64,000 nucleotides of DNA. It comes from Octopus sinensis. Its lineage: Eukaryota. The notes beneath the pieces are model-generated. The model saw only the letters and a program-made list of their open reading frames with translations, made no database searches and was not told where the DNA came from. Of the stretch, positions 40,566 through 52,894 are shown piece by piece. Location of the stretch: NCBI RefSeq assembly GCF_006345805.1, contig NC_043024.1, forward strand, positions 18,352,001-18,416,000, in the 5' to 3' direction. Numbering within the stretch: the stretch's first letter is position 1; each line of letters begins with the position of its first letter. The translations under genes and the position numbers were made by a program.

Positions 40566-40651
40566 CTTTCGACACATGTTTCAAAGATATCACTGATATT
40601 ATTCCAAAGGAATAAATGTTGTAAAACAATGTAATCTTCTCTTCAGAGAAG
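40566..40651 (-). ncRNA. Type I hammerhead motif, near intact
   Basis: cttct CTGAAGA gaagat..atcttt GAAAC ATGT GTC gaaag: 6-bp stem II, GUC triplet, imperfect stem I. Confidence 0.65.
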
Positions 40652-41023
40652 TGAAGAAATGAAACTCATCAATAAGACATTTTAACAGAAAATGATAGGT
40701 ATGTATAGTGGTTTACTGAACGCTATTAATATTGTTTGAAAAAACGTTATATGATATAACGTCAAAAGTAGCCTATAGAAAGAGGAGGGATATTTTTTTA
40801 GTGAATGTTGAATATAAAAGAAAATTAATGTTTAAATTATATATAATGATAGAGATTACTGATATGAACCAAAGGTGTGTTTTTGCCAATGTTTACATCG
40901 GTATGCAAGCTCTATAACCGTGTTTACTAGGGGAGTTTTAGAAAAAATAATGAAAAATAGTTCAGAATTATAGAGATTTTTTCCATGTTAATTGTTAACA
41001 AGGGAAAAATACACTCATCTATT

Positions 41024-41068
<45 letters not shown>

Positions 41069-41069
41069 G

Positions 41070-41103
<34 letters not shown>

Positions 41104-41151
41104 ATGTATATATATATAGATATATATATAACTTCACTTTTATATATAAAG

Positions 41152-41184
<33 letters not shown>

Positions 41185-41199
41185 TACACATATTATATA

Positions 41200-41263
<64 letters not shown>

Positions 41264-41319
41264 ATATAATATATATATATATATATAATATATATATATA
41301 TAGATATATTATATATATA

Positions 41320-41426
<107 letters not shown>

Positions 41427-41427
41427 A

Positions 41428-41459
<32 letters not shown>

Positions 41460-41460
<1 letters not shown>

Positions 41461-41856
41461 CTTTATATATAAAAGTGAAGTTGTGTGTCTGTCTCCTACG
41501 ATTTAGATTCCTAACTACTCCCACATTTTGCGGTGCAGTTTAACCAAAACTGGGTATCTTATAGTCGTGATTCATATCGAGCCCTTCTGGGTATCAGCGT
41601 GCATCTACGATGAGTCTACGATTTAAAAAAGAATTTACCATAATTTTTTTCCATTTTAATGCATTTTTTCGCTATTATATAAGGGAAGTAACTCTCTAAA
41701 AACGTCTACGATGAGTCAACGATTTAAAAAAAAATTTACCATAATTTTTTTCCATTTTTAATGCATTTTGTTGCTATTTTATGGCTATAACTCTCTAAAA
41801 ATGCTTATACAGTTATTTCCCTTACAAACCTGAGCAACGCCGGGCGATACTGCTAG
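41460..41856 (+). mobile_element. Non-autonomous Helitron (same family as 39667-40512, no helicase)
   Basis: 5' TC, 3' hairpin gagcaacgccgggcg plus CTAG, and an internal ~100-bp duplication (about 41603 and 41703). Confidence 0.85.
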
Positions 41857-42072
41857 CATATATATATATATATATTATATATATATATATATAGTTCAGA
41901 ATCTCACCTGTGAAGGACTGATGCATGATGGATTGAAACGATTTGAGTGACTGATAAAGAATCCTGTAAAAGCCATATTCTCTTTCTCTTGTTTGTTATA
42001 TGTGAGTTAGAGACCCAGACCTTTGGCAATATACTGTGCTTGAGAAGTCCTGACAAGCCAAGTGAGATCATA

Positions 42073-42397
42073 GTTGTGGCTAAGCAAGCTACTTACCACA
42101 AAGCCACTCCTGTGCCTATATATATATTAATATATAAAGCCTGTCGTATATATGTATATATATATATATATATATGTGAGTGTGTGTCTGTGTTTGTCCC
42201 CCTAGCATTGCTTGACAACCGATGCTGGTGTGTTTACGTCCCCGTCACTTAGCGGATCGGCAAAAGAGCCCGATAGAATAAGTACTGGGCTTACAAAAGA
42301 ATAAGTCCCGGGGTCGAGTTGCTCGACTAAAGGCGGTGCCCCAGCATGGCCGCAGTAAAATGACTGAAACAAGTAAAAGAGTAAAAGAGTAAAAGAG
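42073..42397 (+). mobile_element. SINE family A (internally deleted)
   Basis: Head fragment joined to the 3' half. Confidence 0.8.
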
Positions 42398-43161
42398 TAT
42401 ATAATAATATATATATATTATATACACACATATATATATAATGATATTTATATATATGTAAATATATATATCATTATACAGTAAAAAATCTGATAACATT
42501 AATGTTGACATGAATCCTTCCTTGATATCTTTTTAGTGCAGCGAATAACTTTCAATCAAGCTGTGTAACACAACTTGGTGATTTTGAAAAGCAGGAGGAA
42601 AAAAGTCCTTTAGGGCAATGAATAAAAATTTAATTACATGTAGCCATGGAGTTCAAATACCTATCAAATAGTTATTATTGAAAATTGATTTTGCCTTAAC
42701 CATTTTCTTACGGTACATTTCATGTGTGTAGGGTTGTATATGCGATTAGTGTGTTGGGCATGTTTGTGAGTATGGTTCTGTGCTTAACCCAACTATATCT
42801 CCAGGCTTATGAGTGTGTGTGTATATAAATATATATACATACATATATATATAAATGTCTCAGTCTATCTATCTGTCTATTATCTATCTATCTATGTACA
42901 TGTACATATGTTTTTATATGTATATATATGCATATATATATGTATGTGTATATATATATATATATGTATACATATATATAAATATATTTATATATATATA
43001 TATATATATATGTCATATAATATATATGTCATATAATATATATGTAGATATATATATATATATATATACATACACATATATGTAGATATATATATATACA
43101 CACACGTATACATCTTTATACATATATACATAGTTAATCAATATATGTGTGTGTATACTTG

Positions 43162-43200
<39 letters not shown>

Positions 43201-43886
43201 AGGTATGTACATGTGTGGGTGTTCCATATTGAATTCCATTTTATCTGAAGAATATATAAATTTACCTGTTAGGGTATTCACAAGAGTGTATATGCATATG
43301 TTTATATATGTGTGTATATAGAATGTTATCCTTATATGAAAATATATTCGTTCCTATATACGTCTGTATCTATCTGTAATTTTCTGTGCGTTTGTGTGCG
43401 TGTGCAGTATGTATACGTATCCATGCACATATACGTATACATGTGTATATATTTATATACATGCATTTATATACATATATATACATACGCATACTCTTAT
43501 ATACATGTGCGTGGGTGTGTGTGAGAGAGAGAGTGTGTGTGTCTATTCAGAGAGGCACCAATATCCATGCAATGTTCAGAATGTGTTAAAAAAATTGACT
43601 TTTAATCTAATATCCTATATATTTCTTTTTACCGATTCCTCTGCTACGCAGGAATGGTAAATGGCTGGGAGACAAACCATCATTCCATCATGCCATGTAA
43701 ACATTGATGAGAAACACAAGAATTTTCTCATATCATAGCAGGAAATCTGGAAGACAAACCGATAACGAAAAAACAAACTCTTAAACACAAAAATTATTTA
43801 GATGTTTTCTTTCTGTCCTGTTGGTTCCAGGTTCAATCTCACTGTAGAGCTCTGCATGACAATAACAAACATCCTTTATATATTTA

Positions 43887-44170
43887 CTAGCAGTATCGCC
43901 CGGCGTTGCGGTTTGTTTCGACCCTTTAGAATTGGAATTTTTGGAAAGTAAAAATTTTGCATAATGTAAGCTTGTTATTCTCTTTAAGTGAGCAATTTTT
44001 CTGGTTGAAATACACCGAAAAATGGCGACACAGCAGTCAAAAAATCGTAAAAAATAGGGATTTTCATAGTAAAAAGGCACCCTTTTGATGTAAATAATTT
44101 TTGGTGTTAACATGGTCCGATTTGAATTTTTTCTTCTATGGAAGGAAGAGCAAGCCTTATACATATATAT
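43887..44170 (-). mobile_element. Short Helitron-type element
   Basis: Minus-strand 3' end gcaacgccgggcgatactgCTAG-t matches 41460-41856; the interior differs. Confidence 0.7.
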
Positions 44171-44799
44171 ATGATGATATATATATATATTAATACGAAA
44201 AAACCCTCCAGGCTACTTCCCGAAAATTCATTTTTTGCTGAATTTCTACAATGTTTACGGCAATTTGTTTTTATATCTTGATTTTTTATTTTTCATGCAA
44301 TTTACGCATGCTTGCACGCGTGATGAACACAGTTCACGTCAAACAGCTGACTGAGTAAAGTTCACTATTCAATGCATGAGATAAGGCCTAAACAAACACA
44401 TTATCGATTTCTGCCCTTGCGAGATGAATTTCGGAACAGAAATAGCGCAGTTCAATTTTCATTTGCCTAAACTTTAAGTGACCCATTTATGCCCAAGGTG
44501 CCATGCAGTGGGACTGAACCCGGAACCATGTGGTTGGTAAACAAGCTACTTACCACACAGCCACTCCTGCGTCAGTTTGGCAATAAAAAAAGAGCCTGAT
44601 AGAATAAGTGCCAGGCTTAGCAGAAAATAAGTACAGGGGTCAAGTCTTTTAACTGAAAATTCTTCAAGGCAATGCCCCAGCATGGCCACGGTCTGATGAC
44701 TGAAATTAGTGAACGATGAATGATGAAGAACTTCACCAAGACCTCAAAGCATCAAGAAAATGCATGAATAACTCAAAGCAATGGGAATAAATAAGTATT

Positions 44800-45183
44800 G
44801 TGGAATCACTCCTTCGGTTACGACGATGAGGGTTCCGGTTGATCCGAATCAACGGAACAGCCTGCTCATGAAATTAACGTGTAAGTGGCTGAGCACTCCA
44901 CAGACACGTGCACCCTTAACGTAGTTCTCGGGGATATTCAGCGTGACACAGAGAGTGACAAGGCCGGCCCTTTGAAATACAGGTACAACAGAAACAGGAA
45001 GTAAGAGTGAGAGCAAGTTGTGGTGAAAGAGTACAGCAGGGATCACCACCATCCCCTGCCGGAGCCTCGTGGAGCTTTAGGCGTTTTCGCTCAATAAACA
45101 CTCACAACGCCCGGTCTGGGAATCAAAACCGAGATCCTACGACCGCGAGTCCGCTGCCCTAACCACTGGGCCATTGCGCCTCC
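44800..45183 (-). mobile_element. SINE family C
   Basis: Same head as 63031-63330 but a different 3' tail. Confidence 0.8.
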
Positions 45184-45419
45184 ACTTGACAGAGTAATAA
45201 TCTGTATGTGAAAGGATTAAACCATCCATGTCAGGCCCATATAATCTACCTCTTTTATGTTCAAACTGGCCTAATCTGGTCTCTCACACCTACCCTACAA
45301 TGTCATTGAAGTCTCAAAACTACAAGATAATGCATGATTAATTGCAAATAATACAGATAAATAAGAATTACATTTGACAGAGTAATCAGAATGATGGTGG
45401 AGTTAAGAGAATACTTTAC

Positions 45420-45621
45420 TCTCTCTCTTACTCTTACTTGTTTCAGTCATTTGACTGCGGCCATGCTGGAGCACCGCCTTTAGTCGGGCAAATCGACCCT
45501 GGGACTTATTCTTTGTAAGCCCAGTACTTATTCTATCGGTCTCTTTTGCCGAACCGCTAAGTGACGGGGACGTAAACACACCAGCATCAGTTGTCAAGCA
45601 ATGCTAGGGGGACAAACACAG

Positions 45622-45660
<39 letters not shown>

Positions 45661-45830
45661 CATTATACAACAGGCTTCTTTCAGTTTCCGTCTACCAAAT
45701 TCACTCACAAGGCATTGGTCGGCCCGGGGCTATAGCAGAAGACACTTGCCCAAGATGCCACGCAGTGGGACTGAACCCGGTACCATGTGGTTGGTTAGCA
45801 AGCTACTTACCACACAGCCACTCCTGCGCC
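45420..45830 (-). mobile_element. SINE family A
   Basis: Full head, core and 3' half. Confidence 0.85.
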
Positions 45831-46635
45831 TATGCTTGGAAAATATTAAAAGCATTCTGGAGGCGTTTTACGAATATAATTTTGGTTTCTCATGTTTTTG
45901 AGAAGAGTAGTGGAAGAAGATTAGCTTCGTTATCTTTTCGATTTTCTTTAATTATCTTCTCCAGATACGGAATAGTTTATATTCCAATTCCAAAAAAAAA
46001 AAATGGAGTTTTTTCTGGATTAATCCATGATACACTGATTAAAGTTTCTTATTTGAAATGTTGTTAATCTTATATGGCATCCGTAGAGTTAGAATCTGTG
46101 TTTATCAAAATATATTTCTGTGTGGATAGCATCATCATCATCATCATCATCATCATCAATCGTTGTCAATCATCATCATCAATCATTATTATCATTAATC
46201 ATCATCATCATTGTTATCAACATCATCATCACCACTATCATCAAGTATTTTCATCATATTCGTCATCATCATCATCGCCATCATCATCAACATCATCATC
46301 ATCATCACTATCATCAATCACTATCATCATCGTCATCATCATCATCATCATTTCATGTCCACTTTTTTACACTTGTATGGGTCATGCAATTTGTTGAAGC
46401 TGATTTTCTACAGCTGGATACCCCTCCTGTCACAAAGCCTCCTCTGCCTTCCAACTAAGATGATATTTCCCCCACAACCAGACATGTTTTCATTGAAGAT
46501 TGGAAATGAAGGATACTCCTTGCTTGATGGTAACACTCACTTGCAGATATGCCATGTCAAAGAAATGAAGCTGTAACAAACACACATATGTACATATATA
46601 AATATATAGATAGAGAGATAGACAGATAGATAGAT

Positions 46636-46668
<33 letters not shown>

Positions 46669-46788
46669 TATAATTATATATATATATATATTATATATAT
46701 AGATATATATATATAATATATATATATAATATATATATATTATATATATATAATATATATATAATATGTTTTTCCAACGGTTTCCTTT

Positions 46789-46877
46789 TTTCTTCCTGAA
46801 GAGAAAGACACAATATGGTCCCATTATTCAATCGGATTTTGGTAATTTGTGCCTTTCGAAACACGTGTAGAATGAAA
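46789..46877 (+). ncRNA. Type I hammerhead ribozyme motif, canonical core
   Basis: tttcttc CTGAAGA gaaag..ctttc GAAAC ACGT GTA gaatgaaa. Stem II is 5 bp and starts with G-C; the stem III loop ACGU is palindromic; stem I is 3+4 bp with a one-base bulge. Confidence 0.8.
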
Positions 46878-47084
46878 TAAAACGATTTCTGTTCAATCTG
46901 CGTTCAGCTCCATTTCTTCAATTCACCAATAATGTTTTAATTCAATTATCCGCCCCAATGCACGGTTGCAACGCCAGATGGTTGTACCTCCAACCGTGCT
47001 GTTTACTGCTGTGATTTTTGCTACTAAGGTATCGGTTAAACTTTTGATTAATCTACTACAAGATTATTCATCTTTCTATTTCAC

Positions 47085-47131
<47 letters not shown>

Positions 47132-47144
47132 GAATATATATATG

Positions 47145-47203
<59 letters not shown>

Positions 47204-47292
47204 TATGTATATATATATATGGATATATATTATATGTATATATATATAATATGTATATATATATATTATATATATATATATATATAATATAT

Positions 47293-47340
<48 letters not shown>

Positions 47341-47352
47341 ATATATAATATA

Positions 47353-47578
47353 GGTGGCAAGCTGGCAGAAACGTCAGCACGCCGGGCGAAATGCTTTGCG
47401 GCATTTCGTCTGTCGCTACGTTCTGAGTTGAAATACTGCCGAGGTCGACTTTGCCTTTCATCCTTTCGGGGTCGATTAAATAAGTACCAGTTGCGCACTG
47501 AGGTCAATGTAATCGACTTAATCCGTTTGTCTGTCCTTGTTTGTCCCCTCTGTGTTTAGTCCCTTGTGGGCAATAAAG
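47353..47578 (+). mobile_element. SINE family B
   Basis: Full head and Meta-like core. Confidence 0.82.
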
Positions 47579-48492
47579 AAATATATATGTATATATATAT
47601 ATAGTTTTAAGTATTAACAAAGAAAATGGAGTGAGTAATATATTTTATTGCATAATACAACAATTGTTTCATCATTGTCATATCTAAAAATCATTGCTGA
47701 AATACCTGAACTGAATTGATGCATCTACAAATATCTATACTGAATTAATACACGTAGATTCTAAATATTTCGATGAAAAATGCAGGCGCATGCATATTAA
47801 TATTCTTAAGTTATTACACCTGGAAAAGTACAGAACAAGATCTCTACAGTAGAATTTGCCTAATTCGTCACCTCTAAAGGAAACTAAAAATTACTTAAAA
47901 TTAAAATTCTATTGTACTTAAAATATTGCATATTATAATCCAATTTTTACAAACCAAATTAAAACTGCAATTTTTAGAAATAAAATATAATCCACTTATT
48001 TTTAAAAATAGCCAACGCATCCAGGAGGAGCCACTTGCCCTGTCAGGGCAAAGTTAGTTTGTTAGTCGAAATTCATGCAAAATAAAAATAATGTCTGCAA
48101 TTACTTGAAAATTGATTTACGTACTTTTGGCAAATTTAGCTTATACGATAACTTTTTTCATTTGGAATATTTTTTGAGAAGATTAGCACCACAACACTCG
48201 GAGCTAAACAAAAACAAACTTTTACACAAAAACGAAATGTTTAGGTTTAAAATTTGCTTGTAGGCGTTACCACTGTTTTCGGTACATTTGGCCCCGGTAG
48301 ATGTTTTATTTAAGATTTCTTTGATATAAGTAACATCATGGGATTCCTGTATCTGAGATCTATAAGAAAAGTTGAATTTAAGTAGAGTTTTGTTTTGAAA
48401 GAAAAATAACATATGGAGTCGATTTCAGGAGTAATCTCATTTTTTCGATGGTTTTCACATCAGTACTTCTTTCTACTGAATATTTTTCATAT

Positions 48493-48670
48493 AGGCGCAG
48501 GAGCGGCTGTGTGATAAGTAGCTTGCTTACCAACCACATGGTTCCGGGTTCAGTCCCACTGCGTGGCACCTTGGGCAGGTGTCTTCTACTATAGCCTCGG
48601 GCCAACCAAAGCCTTGTGAGTGGATTTGAAAGAAGCCCGTCGTATATATGTATTATATAGATATATATAT

Positions 48671-48717
<47 letters not shown>

Positions 48718-48900
48718 TATGCATGTGTGTGTTTGCGTGTCTGTGTTTGTCCCCTAGCATTGCTTTTGTGTTCGGCAAAAGAGACCGATAGAATAAGTAC
48801 TGGGCTTACAAAAGTCCCGGGGTCGAGTTGCTCGATTAAAGGCGGTGCTCCAGCATGGCCGCAGTCAAATGACTGAAACAAGTAAAAGAGAGAAAGAGAG
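48493..48900 (+). mobile_element. SINE family A
   Basis: Full head, core and 3' half, with small deletions. Confidence 0.85.
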
Positions 48901-49207
48901 AAAGAAAAGCGATATAACTAATATGAATAGATTCCTGTCGTGGAAATCAATCGTATAAGCTAAAATAAAATATAGATTTATTTTTAAAAATATATATGGA
49001 CTCAAAGTCGATTTCAGGCGTTATTCTTCCGTTTGTGACTTCACGTATTTGACTCAGACATTTTTCTACTGAACCAATTTTCAAATATTTTTTAGCTCGA
49101 TGTGTAGTTTAGGATGTGACCAATCTAAAAATATAAACATCATCTAATTTGGTTAAAAACTGAGTTTGTGGCAAAGCATAGAAGTGGTCGTGAATAAATA
49201 TTGACCT

Positions 49208-50248
49208 TTTACTCTTTTACTTGTTTCAGTCATTTGACTGTGGCCATGTTGGAGCACCGCATTTAGTCGAGCAAATCAACCCCTGGACTTATTCTTTGTA
49301 AGCCTAGTACTTATTCTATCGGTCTCTTTTGCCGAACCGCTAAGCTACGGGGACGTAAACACATCAGCATCGGTTGTCAAGCGTTGTTGGGGAGACAAAC
49401 ACAGACACACAAACATACACCCCCTCACACACATATATATATAGGATCTTTTCCTTTTGAACGGCAGTTTTCAACACAATTTTTAGTTAACTAAACACTT
49501 TTAAACTTCGTATACTGGTAGAATGTGTTTATAAAACATATTTTTCTCTTGGTTTTATTGAGAAAATTCTATAGTTTGTAAGATATTTCTTCTGAAAATC
49601 CGAGCATTTCGGCAATTTTAACCAATCGATTACCTCCATTCAACTAAAATCATTTGCTGCGTCTAAAACTGAGACAACATCCTGTAACTAACCCTAAACC
49701 TCCCCCTAACCCTAACCCTACATTTTTTTAAAATTGTTAAATTAATTTAATTCCATTGCTTTAGTTTTTTTTTACATGCGCAACAATCAAATTAATTTAA
49801 CAATTAAGAAAAAGAAATTTAGGGTTAGGGTTAGGGTTAGGGTTAGTTACAGAATGTTGTCTCGGTTTTAGACGCAGCAAATGATTTTAACTCAAAAGAG
49901 AGCATAGGATTGGTTAAAATTCGAAAAATTAAACTACGTTAAATAAAACAAATTACAATTTTCTCAAAAAAGCCAAGAGAAAAAATGTTTTATTTTGACA
50001 CATTCTACCATTATACGAAGTTTTAAAGTGTTTAGTTGACTAGAAATTGTCTGCCGTTCAAAAGGAAAAGATCCATATATATACATACACATATCTATGA
50101 CAAGCTTCTTTCAGTTTCCGTCTACCAAATCCACTCACAAGGCTTCGGTCGATCCGAGGCTATAGTAGAAGACACTTGCCCAAGGTGCCACGCAGTGAGT
50201 CTGAACCCAGAACCATGTGGTTAGCAAGCAAGCTACTTACCACACACC
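49208..50248 (-). mobile_element. SINE family A split by a MITE
   Basis: 3' half at 49208-49443; head and core at 50075-50248. Confidence 0.85.
49444..50074. mobile_element. Long-TIR MITE (631 bp) containing inverted telomeric repeats
   Basis: Termini GGATCTTTTCCTTTTGAACGGCAG..CTGCCGTTCAAAAGGAAAAGATCC with imperfect TIRs of about 280 bp. (CCCTAA)n at about 49690-49720 and (TTAGGG)4 at about 49819-49845. atatatata on both flanks. Confidence 0.88.
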
Positions 50249-50665
50249 CAAAGAATATTATTCACACACTACCGTGTGTGAATAATATTTTTTGAAAAGA
50301 TTAGCACCACGACACTCTTGATGAGATCTATCATATGAAGTTAGATTTTGAATTTGATTTTAGGCGTTACCACTTTTTTCAGCGCATTTGGCCCCAGTAG
50401 TTCTACGTCTATTTGTAGTGTCCTGTACTCACGTATATATATTTATATATGCATGTATATATACATGTAGATGTAGGTACGTACATATATGTATGTATGT
50501 ATGCATATATTTTATTTATTACACTATTGTATGACTGATCGCCCTCGCGTCGATTCGATTCGATTCGTTCGTTTCGTTCCGTTCTTCTTCTCCAAGTACT
50601 GTTATATATATATATATATATTATATATTATATATATATATATATATAATATATATATATATATA

Positions 50666-51174
50666 TGATCAAAATAAAAAAATAAAAATAAAAACATGAG
50701 GCGAAGGATTCAGCGGTACAATGTTCGGGCCTTTATTAGACAGATTCATAACAAATCATAATGTATGTCTGTGGCCTCTTCAGCCGCGCACAACAGCTTC
50801 CACAAGGAAATGTGTTACTTCCGAAATTCTGGTTGGGGATGCAAATCTTCTCGTTCCCGTACGACATAATGCGGCAGCAGCATCGAATTGAATCGTCCAT
50901 CTCCTTCTTCTCTCAGTGTAGAATGAGAGAAGAAGGAGATGGACGATTCAATTCGATGCTGCTGCCGCATATGTCGTACGGGAACGAGAAGATTTGCATC
51001 CCCAACCAAGAATTTCGGAGTAGTAACACATGTCCTTGTGGAAGCTGTTGTGCGCGGCTGAAGAAGGCCACAGACATACATTATGATTTGTTATGAATCT
51101 GTCTAATAAAGGCCCGAAACATATGTACCGCTGAATCCTTCGCCTCATGTTTTTATTTTATTTTATTTTGATCA
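50666..51174. repeat. 509-bp near-perfect palindrome (arms about 250 bp, 8-nt loop gtgtagaa)
   Basis: 50666-50915 is the reverse complement of 50924-51174, differing mainly by 1-nt indels. Confidence 0.95.
51054..51131 (+). ncRNA. Type I hammerhead motif in the right palindrome arm (mirror copy at 50713-50787, minus strand, damaged)
   Basis: gcgg CTGAAGA a ggcc..ggcc c GAAAC ATAT GTA ccgc. Confidence 0.7.
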
Positions 51175-51429
51175 ATTTACTCCACCACCTACACACCAAA
51201 CGGTATACACAGGTGCTTATAATTATCAATACTCACCCCGAATTTTCTACACTCAACTAATATATATAATATATATATGTATATAATAAATATAAGAGAG
51301 TGGTCACTATATTGCTCACTCTAGCACCAGTTAATCCAAAAGGTTTCAACCACGAAAATACATGTTTCCCATGAAGCCAGTACGACTGTTAGCTCACACG
51401 GACAGGGCAAGTAAAAAATAACAAAAATA

Positions 51430-51524
51430 CAGATTATTTTGGGACAATTGTTTCGCTATTAATGAATTAAATGTAATATTACTTACAAAAAAATCCATTG
51501 TAGCTCGTCAGCCAAGACTATCTG
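51430..51524 (-). ncRNA. Type I hammerhead ribozyme, array unit 1
   Basis: ttgg CTGACGA gcta..tagc GAAAC AATT GTC ccaa; predicted cut after C at 51443. Confidence 0.88.
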
Positions 51525-51953
51525 GATGAAATCCACTCAATCACACGCCAGATTTTACCATACGATAAATACGCGTGTGGTTCAATTGATGACATCCGAC
51601 GTTATAATTCAAATGCCCCAACAACAGCGCGCCAACTTTCACGGAAAACAAATACAGCATTTAGAAATAACTGCAGCATAATTATAATTAATAATAAGGG
51701 TGAGAGAATTAGATACTAATTTAATAGTATATTTATTCAAACCAAGTGGCCTAGTGCTACGAGAAACCTGGATTATTATAAATTTTATAACATATAATAT
51801 TTTTACAAAATAAATATAAGAGAGTGGTCACTATATTGCTCACTCTAGCACCAGTTAACCAAAAGGTTTCAACCACGAAAATACATGTTTCCCATGAAAG
51901 CCAGTACGACTGTTAGCTCACACGGACAGGGCAAGTAAAAAATAACAAAAATA

Positions 51954-52046
51954 CAGATATTTTGGGACAATTGTTTCGCTATTAATGAATTAAATGTAAT
52001 TACTTACAAAAAAATCCATTTGTAGCTCGTCAGCCAAGACTATCTG
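51954..52046 (-). ncRNA. Type I hammerhead ribozyme, array unit 2
   Basis: cagata-gtc-ttgg CTGACGA gcta..tagc GAAAC AATT GTC ccaa-aa-tatctg; predicted cut after 51966. Confidence 0.9.
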
Positions 52047-52488
52047 GAGAATGAAATCCACTCAATCACACGCCAGATTTTACCATAACGATAAATACGC
52101 GTGTGGTTCAATTGATTACATCCGACGTTATAATTCAAATGCCCCAACCAACAGCGCGCCAAACTTTCACGGAAAACAAATACAGCATTTAGAAATAACT
52201 GCAGCATAATTATAATTAATTAATAAGGGTGAGAGAATTAGATACTAATTTAATAGTATATTTATTCAACACCAAGTGGCCTAGTGCTACGAGAAACCTG
52301 GATTATATAATATTTTATAACATATTATAATATTTTTACAAAATAAATATAAGAGGAGTGGTCACTATATTGCTCACTCTAGCACCAGTTAATCCAAAAG
52401 GTTTCAACCACGAAAATACATGTTTCCCATGAAAGCCAGTACGACTGTTAGCTCACACGGACAGGGCAAGTAAAAAATAACAAAAATA

Positions 52489-52580
52489 CGATTTTTTGGG
52501 ACAATTGTTTCGCTATTATGAATTAAATGTAATATTACTTACAAAAAAATCCATTGTAGCTCGTCAGCCAAGACTATCTG
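52489..52580 (-). ncRNA. Type I hammerhead ribozyme, array unit 3
   Basis: Same core and stems; predicted cut after 52500. Confidence 0.88.
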
Positions 52581-52894
52581 GATGAAATCCACTCAATCAC
52601 ACGCCAGATTTTACCATAACGATAAATACGCGTGTGGTTCAATTGATTACATCCGACGTTATAATTCAAATGCCCCAACCAACAGCGCGCCAAACTTTCA
52701 CGGAAAACAAATACAGCATTTAGAAATAACTGCAGCATAATTATAATTAATTAATAAGGGTGAGAGAATTAGATACTATTAATAGTATATATTATTCAAC
52801 ACCAAGTGGCCTAGTGCTACGAGAAACCTGGATTATTATAATATTTTATAACATATTATAATATTTTTACAAAATAAATATAAGAGAGTGGTCA

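Noticed and set aside
41900-41952. tcac ctgtga..gaaac gatt tga gtga, hammerhead-like
   Set aside because: Core deletion, no UH triplet and no stem II; too degenerate to call.
44320-44351. gtgatga..c aaac agct gac, hammerhead-like
   Set aside because: Three core positions are wrong and there is no stem I.
50916-50926. Palindrome loop region gtgtagaatga matches 11 nt around the predicted cleavage site of the 46789 ribozyme
   Set aside because: A post-hoc 11-mer match with no flanking similarity; could be chance.
51478-51505. acaATGGATTTTTT|GTAAGT on the minus strand, resembling a first coding exon with a splice donor
   Set aside because: It lies in the stem II loop of the hammerhead in each tandem unit, which explains the context better; no downstream exons were identified.
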